From Octopus vulgaris (taxonomy: Eukaryota): a DNA stretch of 64,000 nt. A program made the translations under genes and the position numbers. Shown one piece after another: positions 43,215-57,190 of the stretch. The DNA lies in assembly GCA_951406725.2 (NCBI GenBank), contig OX597822.1, positions 57,102,001 through 57,166,000 of the forward strand, read 5' to 3'. The notes under the pieces are model-generated. The model did no database searches. It was not told where the DNA came from and saw nothing but the letters and a program-made list of their open reading frames with translations. How positions within the stretch are numbered: the stretch's first letter is position 1; each line of letters opens with the position of its first letter.

Positions 43215-44370
43215 TTTGGTCCTGTGTCTGTCCTGATCCACCCAGTAGACCAATGGTTTTCAACGGGATCCATATCAGATTTTAACATTTATCTCCAAAA
43301 AATTGGTAATGCGTTTACAATACGCAAAATATTTTAATAATTTCTTTCCTAATAATATTTTATTATAAAAATATAAAATTGTTTAAACATCAAATGGCTA
43401 GGACGATCCATTCGAGTAAAATAGGGATCAAAGAGGCCCATAGGTAAAAAGAAAAATGGTTGACAAGCACTACAGTAGACCTATGATCAAACACGTTCGT
43501 GTGATGGCCACCCCGTCTTTCATTCAATGTATCTAAATCACTACAGTATGCAGTGCTGTGTGTATTACTTTAATTGAGTTTTACAGTCCCGGTTAACTCA
43601 CCCCCACTGAGCAGACTTATGATCAAAAACACTCCAGCCGTGACCATCCTGTCTTTTTACGAGGATATCTGGAGCCACTTTTTTTAAGGCAGCGTAGTTT
43701 AAGGGCAATGTTGCTGCTTTTTATATTTTTTTCGTTGTGGTAGTGATAACGGTGCTGTCGTTTAACCCCAGGTCAACCACGATCGAGCCGACCCTATGAT
43801 CAATGGATTTCCGGCAGTGGCCATCCCATCAGAGGCTTTTTTTTTTAATTTCAGTTGTAGTATATTTAATACATTATCCAATGTCCTAAATATACTGTTT
43901 TTATGTCGGTAAGGCGTCACAAAAGGGAGATTTGTTTGCTACTTTTCATAGCTTTATCGGTGGTGGTGCTGGCGCAGCTTGTAATGTATTGGTGACGGCG
44001 GTGCAGTTGTTTTTAGTGGTATTTGTTGGGACACTGCTGGTAAAGGGGGTGCAACAGCAGCGCAATGTTTTTCTTTAACCCTGACCCAACCCTGATCAGA
44101 CATAACCCAGATCAAAATAATCCAGTGGTGATCATTGTCTAATGAGTCTGTCCCTCGTTTAAGCTGGTAGTGTTATCTGTGCTATATTTGGTTGCTATTT
44201 CTAGTAGAACAAGAAGCCGCTTAGAACGGCACGCTGTTATTTTTCATGTAAGAAATAACAAAAAAAAACTGTTGCTTAACCCCAGGTCGGCCATCTAACC
44301 GAATGCGTCCCAGACAAAAAGAGCAGTGAATTGAGGGAGATTTGGTTGCTATTTCTAACGGCATAAGACT
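43215..44370 (+). repeat. Diverged tandem array of a short interspersed repeat
   Basis: Recurring ttaaccccaggtc..cagacctatgatcaaa..ccagccgtgaccatcc and gatttggttgctatttcta blocks, about five times. Confidence 0.65.
43251..43472 (+). mobile_element. hAT (Charlie-type) MITE with 8-bp TSD
   Basis: Ends caatggttttcaac and gttgacaagcacta. TSD cagtagac at 43243-43250 and 43473-43480. Confidence 0.85.
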
Positions 44371-44432
44371 CCTTTGTTAGGTCGTTGTTATTGGTGGTGG
44401 TGTGTTGGTGTTGCTACTACTGTGGTTGTGAC

Positions 44433-44482
<50 letters not shown>

Positions 44483-44704
44483 AAGTAGTAGTAGTAGTGA
44501 TGGTACTGTTATAGTTGTTACTGCTTTTTAATAATGGCGGTGGTGGTGGTAGAGGAGGTATTGTTAACTGTTGTTGATGATGGTCACTTAGGCGGCGGCG
44601 GTGAAGGTGGCGGTGGTAGTTGTGGTGAAGGTGGTGGTAACTTTAGTGATGGGGAGGGGAGTGTTAGTGTCAGGATCATTGTTATTTATCATTAATGATG
44701 AATG

Positions 44705-44975
44705 AAGCGATGAGCTGACAGAATCGTTAGCACGCCGGACAAAGTGTTTACCGGAATTTCGTCCGCGTTACGTTCTGAGTTCAAAATGCCACCGAGGTCG
44801 TCTTTACCATTCGTCCCTTTTCGAGGGTCCGGGGTCGGGTTCAGGGTGGAGAGTTAAGCTCGATGAAATAAGCACCATGCAGTTATGTGTGTGGGGGTGG
44901 GGGGGTCAATGTAATCGACATGTGCCCTACCCTCAAAATTCGAGACCAAATGCCTATTATACAAAGGGTTATTAT
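44705..44975 (+). mobile_element. SINE family B
   Basis: gagctgacagaatcgttagcacgccgg...ctgagttcaaa...ccgaggtcg. Confidence 0.75.
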
Positions 44976-45237
44976 AGATGGCGATGGTGGTGGTGGTGAT
45001 AGTTGTGATGGTGGCGTTTGTTGTGGCGGCGGCGGTTGTGGTGGCGGCGGCGGCGACGGCGGTGGTGGTGGTGGTGGTGGCGGCGGCGGCGGTGGTGGTG
45101 GTGGTGGTGGTAGTGGTGGTGGTGGTGGTGGTGGTGGTGGTGGTGGTGGTGGTAGTGGTGGTCATGGTGGTGGTTGTGGTGGTGGTGGTGGTTCAGCTTT
45201 CATAAAACTATGCACATACAATATACAGTTGTAACAA

Positions 45238-45700
45238 GGTGGCGAGCTGGCAGAAACGTTAGCACGCCGGGCGAAATGCTTAGCGGTTATTTCGTTTGTC
45301 TTTATGTTCTGAGTTCAAATTCCGCCGAGGTCGACTTTCCCTTTCATCCTTTCGGGGTCGATTAAATAAGTACCAGTTACGCACTGGGGTCGATTAAATA
45401 AGTACCAGTTACGCACTGGGGTCGATAAAATCGACTTAATCCCTTTGTCTGTCCTTGTTTGCGCCCTCTGTGTTTAGCCCCTTGTGGGCAGTAAAGATAT
45501 AAGAAACGTTAGCACGCCGGGCGAAATGCTTAGCGTTATTTCGTCTGTCTTTACTTTCTAAGTTCAAATTCCGCCGAGGTCGACTTTGCCTTTCAGAGTC
45601 GATAAACTAAGTACCTGTTGCGTACTGAGGTCGATATATATAATTGACTGGCCCCCTTCCCTAAAAAAATATCGAACCTTGTGCCTAGAGTAGAAAATAA
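45238..45700 (+). mobile_element. Dimeric SINE family B (Nin/Deu-like central domain)
   Basis: tRNA-like head, central ctttcatcctttcggggtcgat..aagtaccag, a 32-bp internal tandem duplication, and a second unit from about 45500. Confidence 0.85.
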
Positions 45701-45809
45701 TATACTGTTATAACGATAACACCTTACATAAAAACATAAATTCTACTCACCTGTTTACTGACGATATTGTTATAATTATCATTACACTTATTGTCCTTAT
45801 TCTTTCTTG

Positions 45810-45840
<31 letters not shown>

Positions 45841-46874
45841 TTTGCCGGCCGGTAAGTTCTCACTGTACTTAATGCCGTGCCACACTTCCAATAACTTTCC
45901 TCATAGTCCGTAGCGGAATGAAAATCACAACATCCTTTACTGATCGTAATCTCACAATTACATTCTTAAAACTTCCGTTACTCGACGCATGAGAAAAACA
46001 AAATAGAAAGTAATGATACTTTTTTTTAATTTTTTTTATTTTGTCGTTGTGATTCGATTCTGATATTGCGAGAACTATTGTTGTTGCTGTTGCTATTGGT
46101 GGTGGTGGTGGTGGTGGTGGTGGTGGTGGTGGTGGTGGTGGCGGTGGTGGTGGCGGCGGTTGTAGTGGTATTTAGAATCCAAGTCGGTCTCTTAATGAAG
46201 ACCTACCTATGAACAAAAAAACGATTTGCTAGTGGTGGTGGTGGTGGTTGTAGTGGGAGGGCGGTTGTCGTGGTGGTAGAGGCGGCGACTGAGGTGGCTG
46301 TGGTGGTGTGGTGGTGGTGGTGGTGCTGGTGCTGGTGCTGGTGATGGTGGTGACGGTATTTGTGGTGGTGGCGATGGTGACGGCGGCGGCGGCGGTGGCA
46401 GTGGTGGTGACGGTGTTGACGGTGGTGGTGGTGGTGGTGGTGGTGGTGGTGGTGATGGCGGTGATGGCGGTGATGGCGGTGGTGGTGGTGGTGGTGGTGA
46501 TGGCGGCGGCGGCGGTGGTGATGATAGTAGTGGTATTGGCGTAGGAGCTAATAATATATTGATTCTTGGTTATTGTTCTTGTCACGGCTCTCGTCGTTAT
46601 TTGTTACCGCTATCTTTTTTTTTTTTTTTTTTGTTTTTGTTTTGGTTTTGGTTTTGGTTTTGGTTGTTCTTGATGATTTTGCTGCTGTTGCTACTGCCGC
46701 TACTACTGCTGCTGCTGCTGTTGATATTCTTCTTGTTGCTTCGCTTGTACTGCAGCTGTAAATGATATTGATGATGGTGACGATGGCGACGATGCGATGC
46801 CGCTGCAGTGAAGTTGGCTCTTACTGGAGTAACAGCGTGTGGGGGAAGGGAATCATTGCGTGCTAATGGTGGTG

Positions 46875-46939
<65 letters not shown>

Positions 46940-47035
46940 GGTAGTGGTGGTGGTGATGGTAGTGGTGGTGATGGTAGAAGTAGTAGTAGTAGTGATGGTG
47001 GTGGTGGTGGGTTGTGGTGGGTGGTGGTGGTGATG

Positions 47036-47081
<46 letters not shown>

Positions 47082-47191
47082 TAGTGGTGGTGGTGGTAGT
47101 GGTGGTGGTGGTGGTGATGGTAGTAGTAGTAGTAGTAGTAGTAGTGATGGTGGTGGTGGTGGGTTGTGGTGGGTGGTGATGGTAGTAGTAA

Positions 47192-47222
<31 letters not shown>

Positions 47223-48101
47223 GGTGGTGGTGGTAGTAGTAGTAGTAGTAGTGGTGGTGGTGGTGGTGGTGGTGGTGGTAGTGGTGGTGGTGGTGGTGGT
47301 GATGGTAGTAGTAGTAGTAGTTGGGAAGAGGAGGAATTGAGGGTATTGCTTATTGTAGTAGCGCTAGTTAGTTCCTAGAGTGATAGTTATTTTGTTCTTG
47401 GATCAGTGATGTTGACGTCGGGGTGGCAGTTGTTGTTGGTGGTGGTGGTATTGGTGGTGGGGGTGGTCGCAGTGAGGGTGGTCGTGTTGTTGATGTTGTT
47501 GTTGGTGGTGGCGGTGGTCGACGTCGTCGTCGTCATGGTATTATAGGCTGTTATTGCGGTGCTGGTTGTTGGTGGCGGTGGTAGGAGTGGTTTTGTTATT
47601 GTGTTGTTGGTGGTGGAGGCGGTGGTAGTGGTGTCGTTGGAGGCGGTGATGGTGGCGGTGGTGGTCGTTGTGGTTGTCGTCGTGTTGTTGTTGTTTTTAG
47701 CATTATTGTTGTTGGTGGTGGTGGTGGTGGTGGTGGTAGTGGTGGTGGTGATGGTGGTGATGGTGGCGGCGATGGTGGTGGTGGCGGCGGCGGTAGCGGT
47801 GGTGGTGGCGGTGGTCGTCGTCGTCGTGTTGTTGCTGCTGTTAGCGTTGTTGTTGTTGGTGGTGGTGGTGGTGGTCGTCGTCGTGTTGACAGTAGTGGTG
47901 TGATTCTGATAGTGGTATAGGGGGAAGTTGTAGTGGTGAGTATTGTAGTGATAGTAGTGGTGTCACTGTCACAGTGTTGGTGACGATGTTTGTAGTGGTG
48001 TTACTGCGATAGTGTTTATTTATATACATACACACACACACACTCACATATATACACACACATATACATATTCTCTTACACACACACACATCTATATTTG
48101 T

Positions 48102-48441
48102 TTATTCTTTAATTCTTTTACTTGTTTCAGCCATTTGGCTGCGGCCATGCTGGAGCACCACCTTAAGTCTTTTTTGCCTAATCGGGGACGTAAACACACC
48201 AGCATCGGTTGTCAAGCAATTGTGGTGGCGACAAACACAAACGCACAAACATATACATATATACGAAGTAAGAGTGAGAGAAAGTTGTGGTGAAAGACTA
48301 CAGCAGGGATCACCACCATCTCCTGCCGGAGCCTTGTGGAGGTTTAGGTGTTTTCGCTCAATAAACACTCACAACGCCCGGTCTGGGAATCGAAACCGCG
48401 ATCCTATGACCGCGATTCCGGTGCCCTAACCACTGGGCCAA
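48102..48441 (-). mobile_element. Chimeric SINE: family C 5' half joined to family A 3' half
   Basis: 48441-48265 matches the family C head. 48264-48102 matches the family A tail in the same orientation. Confidence 0.8.
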
Positions 48442-48452
48442 TTTTAGTCTAG

Positions 48453-48764
<312 letters not shown>

Positions 48765-49111
48765 GAAGGCTCTGAATTACGAAGAATAGCGACACATACA
48801 GGTCCTTTTAATAATAACTGTAATTTGTTTTCGCTTTTTTCAACATGGCTGATGGCTTTATTTGATGTTTTCTGATGTTGCTTATAAGAGGCAGTAAATT
48901 AGGATGATGTTGCTTGAAAATTTGATTCTACGCGATTTATGTAGGCTGGAGTCGCTGTGCAACAGTGTCTGGACATTAGTGAAGGGTATGAAGTTGATGA
49001 ATTAGTTCATTTACATCAACCGTAATTTTAGAAAACGAGTGTGAGACATTTTTCTTTCTTGTCATGCTTAAAAAAAAACTAATGGGATAAACTTATCTTT
49101 ATACAGCTGTA

Positions 49112-49592
49112 TGTAAGAGGCAGGATTCTTCTTTAGATATTGCGTATAACTCCTCATAACTTTTTTTTTTTTTTTTCAGAAAAGTTTTGCAAATTTGGGT
49201 TCTACACGCGGGAATTTATACGACTATAAAAAGCTTTATTTTTTCTGAAATTCATTTTAATTTTTAGAACAGATTAATATACGGACAGTCCGAATTTTTG
49301 GTTTAAATACAACAATAGATCAATAAATGTGTTTATGGGGAGAAAGATATTGAAAATTATCACTAGTCAGTGTAACAAACAAACGAGGGTGTATGAGGTG
49401 GTTGTGAGATGTGCTAAAAATAACAGCTAATTACCACTTAAATCACACAATTTTTGGCGGGGTGAGGGTGCCTAGTCGTATGAATTCCCGTGTGTAGAAC
49501 ACAAATTCGCAAAACTTTTCTGGAAATTCAAAAAAATAAAAGAATTTATGAGCGGTTATATGCCGTGCGTAAAGCAGAATTCCACCCGTTAA
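49112..49592. mobile_element. MITE with about 110-bp TIRs ending at TTAA (Kolobok- or piggyBac-like)
   Basis: cagaaaagttttgcaaatttgggttctacacgcgggaatttatacgacta pairs with tagtcgtatgaattcccgtgtgtagaacacaaattcgcaaaacttttctg. The right end is ...ccacccg|ttaa. Confidence 0.7.
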
Positions 49593-50262
49593 GGTCGATA
49601 ACTAACAACATTATCAACAAACTATAATTCAATGGACCCATAACCACTGGTTTGTCTCTGGATACACCGCAGGTCTATAACAGACAGAAATACTATTCGT
49701 GAACAGAACCTCCCTTGCTTTTTCTTTTTACTAGATCTCGTCTCTCTGTTATCTATGATATCAAAACTGTACATTGGCACCACGGGACTGTTGACAACGA
49801 TTTCTGGAGTTCATCTCGCTCTCAAAAACTATATTTTCGCCGATATTGTGGTTTTGTGTTACCCTCCTATGGTCTGGCGTGCTGAATGCCATCACATTTA
49901 TCGATGGTGATGGTGGCGAGGTATTTAGATACCTCAATATAATCAATGTTGTTTGAAGCAATCTTTGGTATATCTGGTTAACATTTTGCACTTATTTGAA
50001 GCCCAAGTTCCATTTTGATATTCAACCTTAACATTGTTCTGGATCTTCCGGGAATCGCTGTTTATTCTTTTCGAGCAACTTGAATTTACGTATATACTGA
50101 GATGGCAGTGAAATTTATGTATATACTGAGATGGCTACAAAATGGGTCTTCCTAAACGGAAAACCATAACCATTGAGCAATATGCTCAGCAGAAATGTTT
50201 ATCATATTGCTCAGTTCTACTCAGTAGAAGCTCTGAAATCGAGAAGTTTTTAAAAGAAAATA

Positions 50263-52018
50263 CAGTAGAACCTCTCAGTACAAGTGCACTATTGTACGAA
50301 TAATTTGCTGTACGAGCCAAGGCTCATGCGAATATTTGTCTTGAAGTACGAGCGGAAATCTACCGTACAACCACTAGTCGGCGCTAAGCTACTACACACT
50401 CTCCCAAAAAGCGCAGTCTCCGTGTTTATCTCGTTGTTTTTCTCAGTATTTTTGTTTAGTTTTGTGTATTTTTTTGGTATTATTTTATAATAATTAGTTG
50501 TGTTAACTAAAGGTCCTAGGAATATTAGTCCAAAGGACAGTGCTGAGAAGAATAAAAAGCTGATTACGGTAGAACTGAAGAAAGAAATCATTGATAAACA
50601 TGAGAGGGGAGTGCGTGTAGTGGATATATCATGTCAATACGACCGAAGCATGTCGACGATCTGCGCCATCCTGAAGAAAAAGGACGAGATCAAGGCCGTT
50701 ACAACATAAAAGTGTGTCTCCAGGCTCTCTAAGCAACACACATATGTCCACGAAGAGAGTGGAAAATTGCTTCTGTGAGTCAACGACAAGCAACTCACAG
50801 GGGATACGATTATGGAGACCATCATTTGCGAGAAAGCACGAGCGCTGTATGGGGATCTCCTGAAGCAGAAACCCGGAACATCGACGGAGGAGACAGCAGA
50901 CGCATTTAAGGCCAGTCACGGCTGGTTTGATAATTTCAAGAGGAGGGCTGGTGTTCATAGCACCGTCAGGTATGGAGAAGCAGCGAGATCTGACACGAAG
51001 GCAGCTGAAGATTTCGTGCGTGAACTCCGTCAGCTCATCACAGCCGAGGGGTACATCGCACAACAGGTATTCAACTGTGATGAAACTGGCCGTTTTTGTT
51101 TTAAATAAATACTCAGAAGAACCTACATAACCGCAGAGGAAAAGAAAATGCTAGACCAAAAGTCTATGAAAGATGGGCTATCACTCGCCCTTTGTGCCAA
51201 TGCGAATGGAGACTTGAAGATTAATCCGCTCCTTGTCTATCCTTCCGAAAACCTAAGTCGCACAAAATCCTGAAGAAGAAGCTGCAGGTCATGTGAAGGG
51301 AAACGTTAAAGCCTGGATCACCAGGCAATTCTTCTCCGCGTGGGTCAACCTTGTCTTCAGACCGGCAGTGAAAAAGTATCTCCTGGAGAACAATCTTCCT
51401 CTCTAGGCCCTCCTTATCTTCAACAATGCTCCTGCTCACCCTCCTAACCTCGAAGATGATGTCCTGGACGAACTTAAATTTATAAAAGTTATATACCTTT
51501 CACGCAACACCACTCCTGTCTTGCAGCTCATGGACCAACAAGTGATTTCTAATCTTAAGAAATTTTACACCAAACACCTGTTTCGTCGATGCTTTGAAGT
51601 CACCGAAAATACAAATCTAAACATTCGTGAGTTTTGAAAGCAGCACTACAACATTTTAAACTGCCTGAAAATCATCGATATAGTCCGGCAGTGTAGCGAA
51701 GGACAATGTAGCAGAGAATTCTATCACTACGAGTAACATAGAGACAGTGTTGGCAAAGTGGCAGCATGTTTCTGAATTTGTAGAAAGATATCATTTTTCT
51801 CTCTTTCTCTTTTCTCTTTTACTCGTTTCAGTCATTTGACTGCGGCCTTGCTAGAGCACCGCCTTTAGTCGAGCAAATAGACCCCAGGACTTATTCTTTG
51901 TAAGCCTAGTACTTATTCTATCGGTCTCTTTTGCCGAACCGCTAAGTTACGGGGATGTAAACACACCACCATCGGTTGTCAAGCGATGTTGGGGCGACAA
52001 ACACAGACACACAAACAT

Positions 52019-52050
<32 letters not shown>

Positions 52051-52741
52051 TCATATAAACGACGAGCTTCTTTCAGTTTCCGTCTACCAAATCCACTCAC
52101 AAGGCTTTGGTCGGCCCGAGGCTATAGTAGAAGACACTTTCCCAAGGTGCCACGCAGTGGGACTGAACCCGGAACCATCTTGAATCATCTTGAGCTACAG
52201 ATCGTGCAGCTGCTTTATTTAATGACACTACTCTGGCGCATTTTCGTAATGTTTTGAAAGGAAGAAAAAAGAATTAACTTGATATGTTTCTAATGAAACG
52301 ACCAGCAAGTGTACAAAGTGAAGAAAGTGTTCAAAAAGCCTAAATTAAGCGAAGTAAGAGAGAAAACGCCAGAAATTGTTCTTCATGAAGTCTTAATGGA
52401 AGGAGATCCTCCTTCCAAACAGTAATCCTACTTCTCCCTGCTCTATCGTCTTCCTCGCACACAAAGAGTCCCATCTTTAAAGTAATTCAGTTAAAACCAG
52501 TTTACATACTTCTTATGCATTCTCTTTTTTATTGTCATTTTACTTGTACCTACACCTTTTCTGTTTTGAAGCCCATAAAAAATTATTTTTTGGTGATTTT
52601 GCAGGAGCTGGAATGGTTTAATTGTATTGTAGCTTTCAATGGGAAAAGCTAATTTGTAAAACGAGTAAATCGTAAAACGAGTAAATCGTAAAACAAGTTC
52701 GGTCGTGGAACGAATTAAACTCGTACTGCGAGGTATCACTG
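50263..52741 (+). mobile_element. Tigger/pogo DNA transposon, full length but decayed
   Basis: TIRs cagtagaacctctcagtacaagt and actcgtactgcgaggtatcactg, with TA/CA flanks. Motifs ITVELKKEII, FKASHGWFDNFK, VFNCDETG, NAPAHP and NTTPVLQLMDQ. Confidence 0.92.
51797..52178 (-). mobile_element. SINE family A nested in the Tigger element
   Basis: 5'-truncated copy that interrupts the transposase region. Confidence 0.88.
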
Positions 52742-53988
52742 CACCACGTTTGAGGGCTACTCCTTTCCAAGTAATTTTTCTCTCCTTGTAGTAGCATTAC
52801 TGTATGTAATAGTATTACTGCATTAAGTGCATTACTATTCACCAATGTACCAAATGCTTCAGCGTCGTAGTCCACCAAGAAATGTTAACTTTTGTAAGTT
52901 GGTGCTCGCTACATTTCGTTCATTTCTACGTTTATTTATTTATTCATTTTATTTTATCTTATCTCTCTTTATTAGTATTTTACAGATGGAATAGTTATTT
53001 TCGTTCTTTTTGCTATTTGCTCATCTGCAAACAAATTATTCCATATTAGGTGACCTAAAATCTATTGGTTATGACAACGGTAAATTACGTGTGGTTGGTA
53101 GCAATGTTACCTTGTAGTACTGCTGTGAACCCTTTCTGTATTTACATTTATGATATAAAAAACATCAACATACAAGAACAACTGAAGAGTCCATTGTATA
53201 GAATCTTAATTGGCTCAGTCAGTAAGTCTTTTAGAATCATGTATGTTGCATTGACATTTTTCAGCCAGGCATTTTTAGATCATGTCCAGATATGTAAGAA
53301 CACCTCCAACAATATTAACACATATAAATATTGCTATATTTTTTAACTTTCCTAATTCTGTCCTTATAGCTTGTCAGGAATGATTTTGCATCACTCTTGG
53401 TTGTACCAATTACAAATGGGGCTGTGTACTCCAAAGTATCCTTCATTGTATATGACTTTTGGTGAGAATTATTACTTCAAATGTTTTATTTAACTAACTA
53501 TAACGCAATGCCTAACTGCCATAATAAATTTAATTCAACATTTTGTATAATTTAATAATTTATCAGCTCGCTCATGAATGACGTACGATATATCTATGTC
53601 GATAATTAATACGCCATTATGAAAGTTGTCATGAAAAATTGCATCAGGTTTATTCGGTGTTATCTTGAGATTTGTCTATATGCTAAAGTCGTGTAGTATT
53701 TCTCCATTCCAATTTCTCCGATAGGTGAAGGTTTTCTTGAATACCCTCGAGCTTTTGTCTTGAAGTTGAAATTTAGTGCTGAGGTTATGCAAAGCAGCTT
53801 CGTTATGCTATATCTTCAAGTATATCTTGACGGAGCTAATTCCAGAGCATTCTAACGTAAAGTGGACTAATGCTACAGGAAATGAACCATTCAGAAGATA
53901 TTTATTATCCATTGTATAGAAATAATAGATATTTCATTCAATGCTGATGGCCTACGCGTATGTCTCGAACATGGTTGCTTCTGCTGTT

Positions 53989-54376
53989 GCTGTTGAGCTG
54001 TTACTGTTGCTGTTGAGCGAACGGTCTTCGTCCCAGAGCTCGCAAGATGAGAGTCCGAAACGTGATCTTTTGCTATTCGTAAGACACGCACAAGAGAAAG
54101 CAGGTCAACCCCCGACACCGAGAGCATCGACGGATGGATGAATGCACATCCAGGCTCAGCGGTTTGTAGGAAGTCGGGGACAAGAAACAGGAAGAAAGAG
54201 TGAGAGAAAGTTGGGGCGAAAGAGTACAACAGGGGTCGCCACCACCCTCTGCCGGAGCCACGTCGAGCTTTAGGTGTTTTCGTTCAATAAACACACACAA
54301 CACCCGGTCTGGGAATCGAAACCGCGATCCTCCGACCGCGAGTCCGCTGCCCTAACCACTGGGCCATTGCGCCTCC
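53989..54376 (-). mobile_element. SINE family C, full length, 13-bp TSD
   Basis: Head ggaggcgcaatggcccagtggttagggcagcgg. TSD tgcttctgctgtt at 53976-53988 and 54377-54389. Confidence 0.92.
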
Positions 54377-55034
54377 TGCTTCTGCTGTTCCACTCACGAT
54401 GCAGATTTTTTTTTAAAATTATATTCAGGATATCAAATTGGCCGAAGTTTTGGTCATATAAGGGTGTTTTTATGGTTGTTCACAATAAAAACATACCTTT
54501 ACAGTTGAACTATGTACCATCGGCATGTCTGTTTTTGCTTTTGCTTTAGATTAGTCGTTAGCAGTTTGGTGGGTGGGGTATATATAATCGATATTACTAT
54601 CGAAAATAACACTTACATAGTCCGAGGAAGATAAAATCATCTTAATACACAAGATAGAAGACTCCGCTAATCTTAAAACCTACAAACTCAGAATCTACCG
54701 TCTGCTAACAATATATATTGTATTTTTAGTATTGTATGTCTATATGAGGGAATCTCTCAAGGCGAATAATAATACATCCACGTTAAGTAGGATATAAAGA
54801 TTGCCATTAATAACATATGTCTACAGAATTTATGGACGGAAACGTTCTGATGAATAGACAATTGTTTCTAAATTATTCTGCCGAGCTGAATCCAGTTATG
54901 CTATTCGTTTTCACTAATCACGTAAGAATTTTTGTATACACACTACCTTGATTTTTCACATAAAAATGTAGTTTTCGTTGATTAAATGTCTTGATCTGAC
55001 TTTGGAGCAGTGGGCCAAAGTGTGAAAAATGCTT

Positions 55035-55420
55035 CATTATCGCCCTTTCCTTGCATAAGGTATAGTAAAATTGTGAATATAGCTGATTTTGCATTAAGAT
55101 TTCAATCAGAAATGGAAACATATTTTGCCTATGACAGGGAAAATACAAAAAGAGGCCTATTCTATTGATACAATATCTTAAGCATAGAAAAATCTGCAAA
55201 TTATATGCAAATTATATATCATGTTATATGCAGATTTTAATAATTTGCAGATTTTGTATCAATAGAATAGAATGACCCTAGGCCTCCTTTTGCATTTTAT
55301 CATAGTAAAAAAAAAACATCCCCGATTCTAGCTGAAATCTGATAACAAGTAAATTATCTAGGCACAAAATTAGCTATATTCATAGTTCCACAATACTTAC
55401 TGCAAGAGAAGGTGGTCATG
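55035..55420. repeat. Old, diverged fold-back (inverted repeat)
   Basis: Pairs ctattctattgataca/tgtatcaatagaatag, aaaaagaggcct/aggcctcctttt and tgaatatagctgattttg/caaaattagctatattca are arranged symmetrically. Confidence 0.7.
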
Positions 55421-55700
55421 GTGCTACCAGGTAATATTAAAGCTGATGACGTAATAAAATATTTACATGCAATTAGTGCTCAGGTTGACATCCTACCGAA
55501 GGCAATGTCTCTGTCGAGCAGGATCGTGATATTCTAAAAGCCTAGACAGGTAAACAAATGATATGTCAGTTACTTGCATTTACGTATTTATACTTTTCTC
55601 CATCCAAAGTATATTTATACATAAATATATACATATAGCAATCTGACCGTATACCAATCATGTACATAACAATACTTTTAATCTGTACGGTATTTGTGTG

Positions 55701-55783
<83 letters not shown>

Positions 55784-56032
55784 CATAACAAAGGTGGCTA
55801 CACGCAATATAATTTGCGAAAAGAAGAATTCAGTTGTCATTAATAGTGACTGAGGGTGTATTGTAACAACCTACATTGCTAGAAATAAGAGTGAAAGACC
55901 CTTTTAGCCACAAACATAGACCAAGTCTATGTACTGACAAGGGAGTTAACCATCTCATATCTGTTAACTATATATATATATACAGAGAGAGAGAGAGGAG
56001 GAGGAGAGATAGATAGATAGATGGATAGATAT

Positions 56033-56127
<95 letters not shown>

Positions 56128-56211
56128 ATTCAAATAATAAAATTAACAATAACAGAGAAGAGGACGTTCACAAGGAATATACTAGTTTGACGCTCAGTAA
56201 AAGGAGAGAGT

Positions 56212-56246
56212 TTTTGACGTTTCAAGCATAGTTCTTCATCAGAAAA
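56212..56246 (-). ncRNA. Minimal hammerhead-like motif
   Basis: Minus strand tttt-CTGATGA-agaactatgctt-GAAA-cg-TC-aaaa. Stems are weak or decayed. Confidence 0.45.
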
Positions 56247-56664
56247 GGGAAAGGAACAAGTCCAAAGAAGAAAAAGAGATCGTCAACATCACGAGTCTAG
56301 TTACATTGCTGAAGTGACCGGAAGTAGAGAGAGATAGAGAAAGTGGTTTTGGGAGACAGGAGAGCGCAAAGAAGGATGAAGGATAGGCATGGGGAGAAGA
56401 TGTAGGTATAGATGTGAGTGGAGGTGTAAGGTAAGGGAGGAAGAGAAAAATAGGAAGGAGAATTGAAGTCAAGTGAGAGGGTGAGTTACGAACAAATTAA
56501 AATGATTCTCAACCAAAGGTGCAGAAACGACGTACGCCGAAGGAATTTATAAGTAACGTGATCCGAGGATAGAGTAAGAAAATCCATGAATCAGGTACTC
56601 CAGATCAGACGGAAGGATGTAGAGGGTCCGTGTGAGTGTGTGGTAAATAGACAATTCAAATAAT

Positions 56665-56825
56665 CTTTTCTACTCTAGGCACAAGGCCCAAAATTTTGGT
56701 ACATCATTTATCGACCCTGAAAGGATGAAAGACAAAGTCTACCTCGGCAGAATTTGAACTCAGAACGTAATGGCAGACGAAATACCGCCTGGCGTGCTAA
56801 CGTTTCTGCCAGCACGCCGCCTTAG
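56665..56825 (-). mobile_element. SINE family B, internally deleted
   Basis: tcgaccctgaaaggatgaaag...atttgaactcagaacg...ctaacgtttctgccagcacgccgcc. Confidence 0.8.
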
Positions 56826-56894
56826 AAAATTCAAATAATTAAATTAATAATAATAGACAAGAGGACTTGCGCAAGGAATGTATTAGTCTGATTG

Positions 56895-56935
<41 letters not shown>

Positions 56936-57190
56936 ATGTAGTCAATTCGAGGATGTTAGATCCACATTAGGGATTGTATAATCCCAAAAGTTCCACTTGT
57001 TAATCACTATCATGTATTGTGATAATAAAAAATTTCAACATCTTTATATCATACAATTAAATTATTCATACACCCACCTTTCCCCATCTTCTTTCTTTCA
57101 ATATATATATATATATATATAATATTGATAGAAATGGTAAGATAACAAAAGAATGAAAGAGACCTCGATATTTATAGAGGAGTTTATCTG

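Larger units (their letters stand above)
44390..47990. repeat. Long G/T-skewed (GGT)n/(AGT)n/(GTT)n low-complexity domain with SINE insertions
   Basis: Seen directly. It explains the poly-V/G/S/T ORFs. Confidence 0.95.

Noticed and set aside
43215-44370. CRISPR-like repeat-spacer array
   Set aside because: Units are long, diverged and irregular, the context is eukaryotic, and there are no cas genes.
53180-53300. ctgaagagtcc motif and a possible 29-nt micro-exon
   Set aside because: No matching ggac-gaaa, and the implied upstream intron is only about 43 nt.
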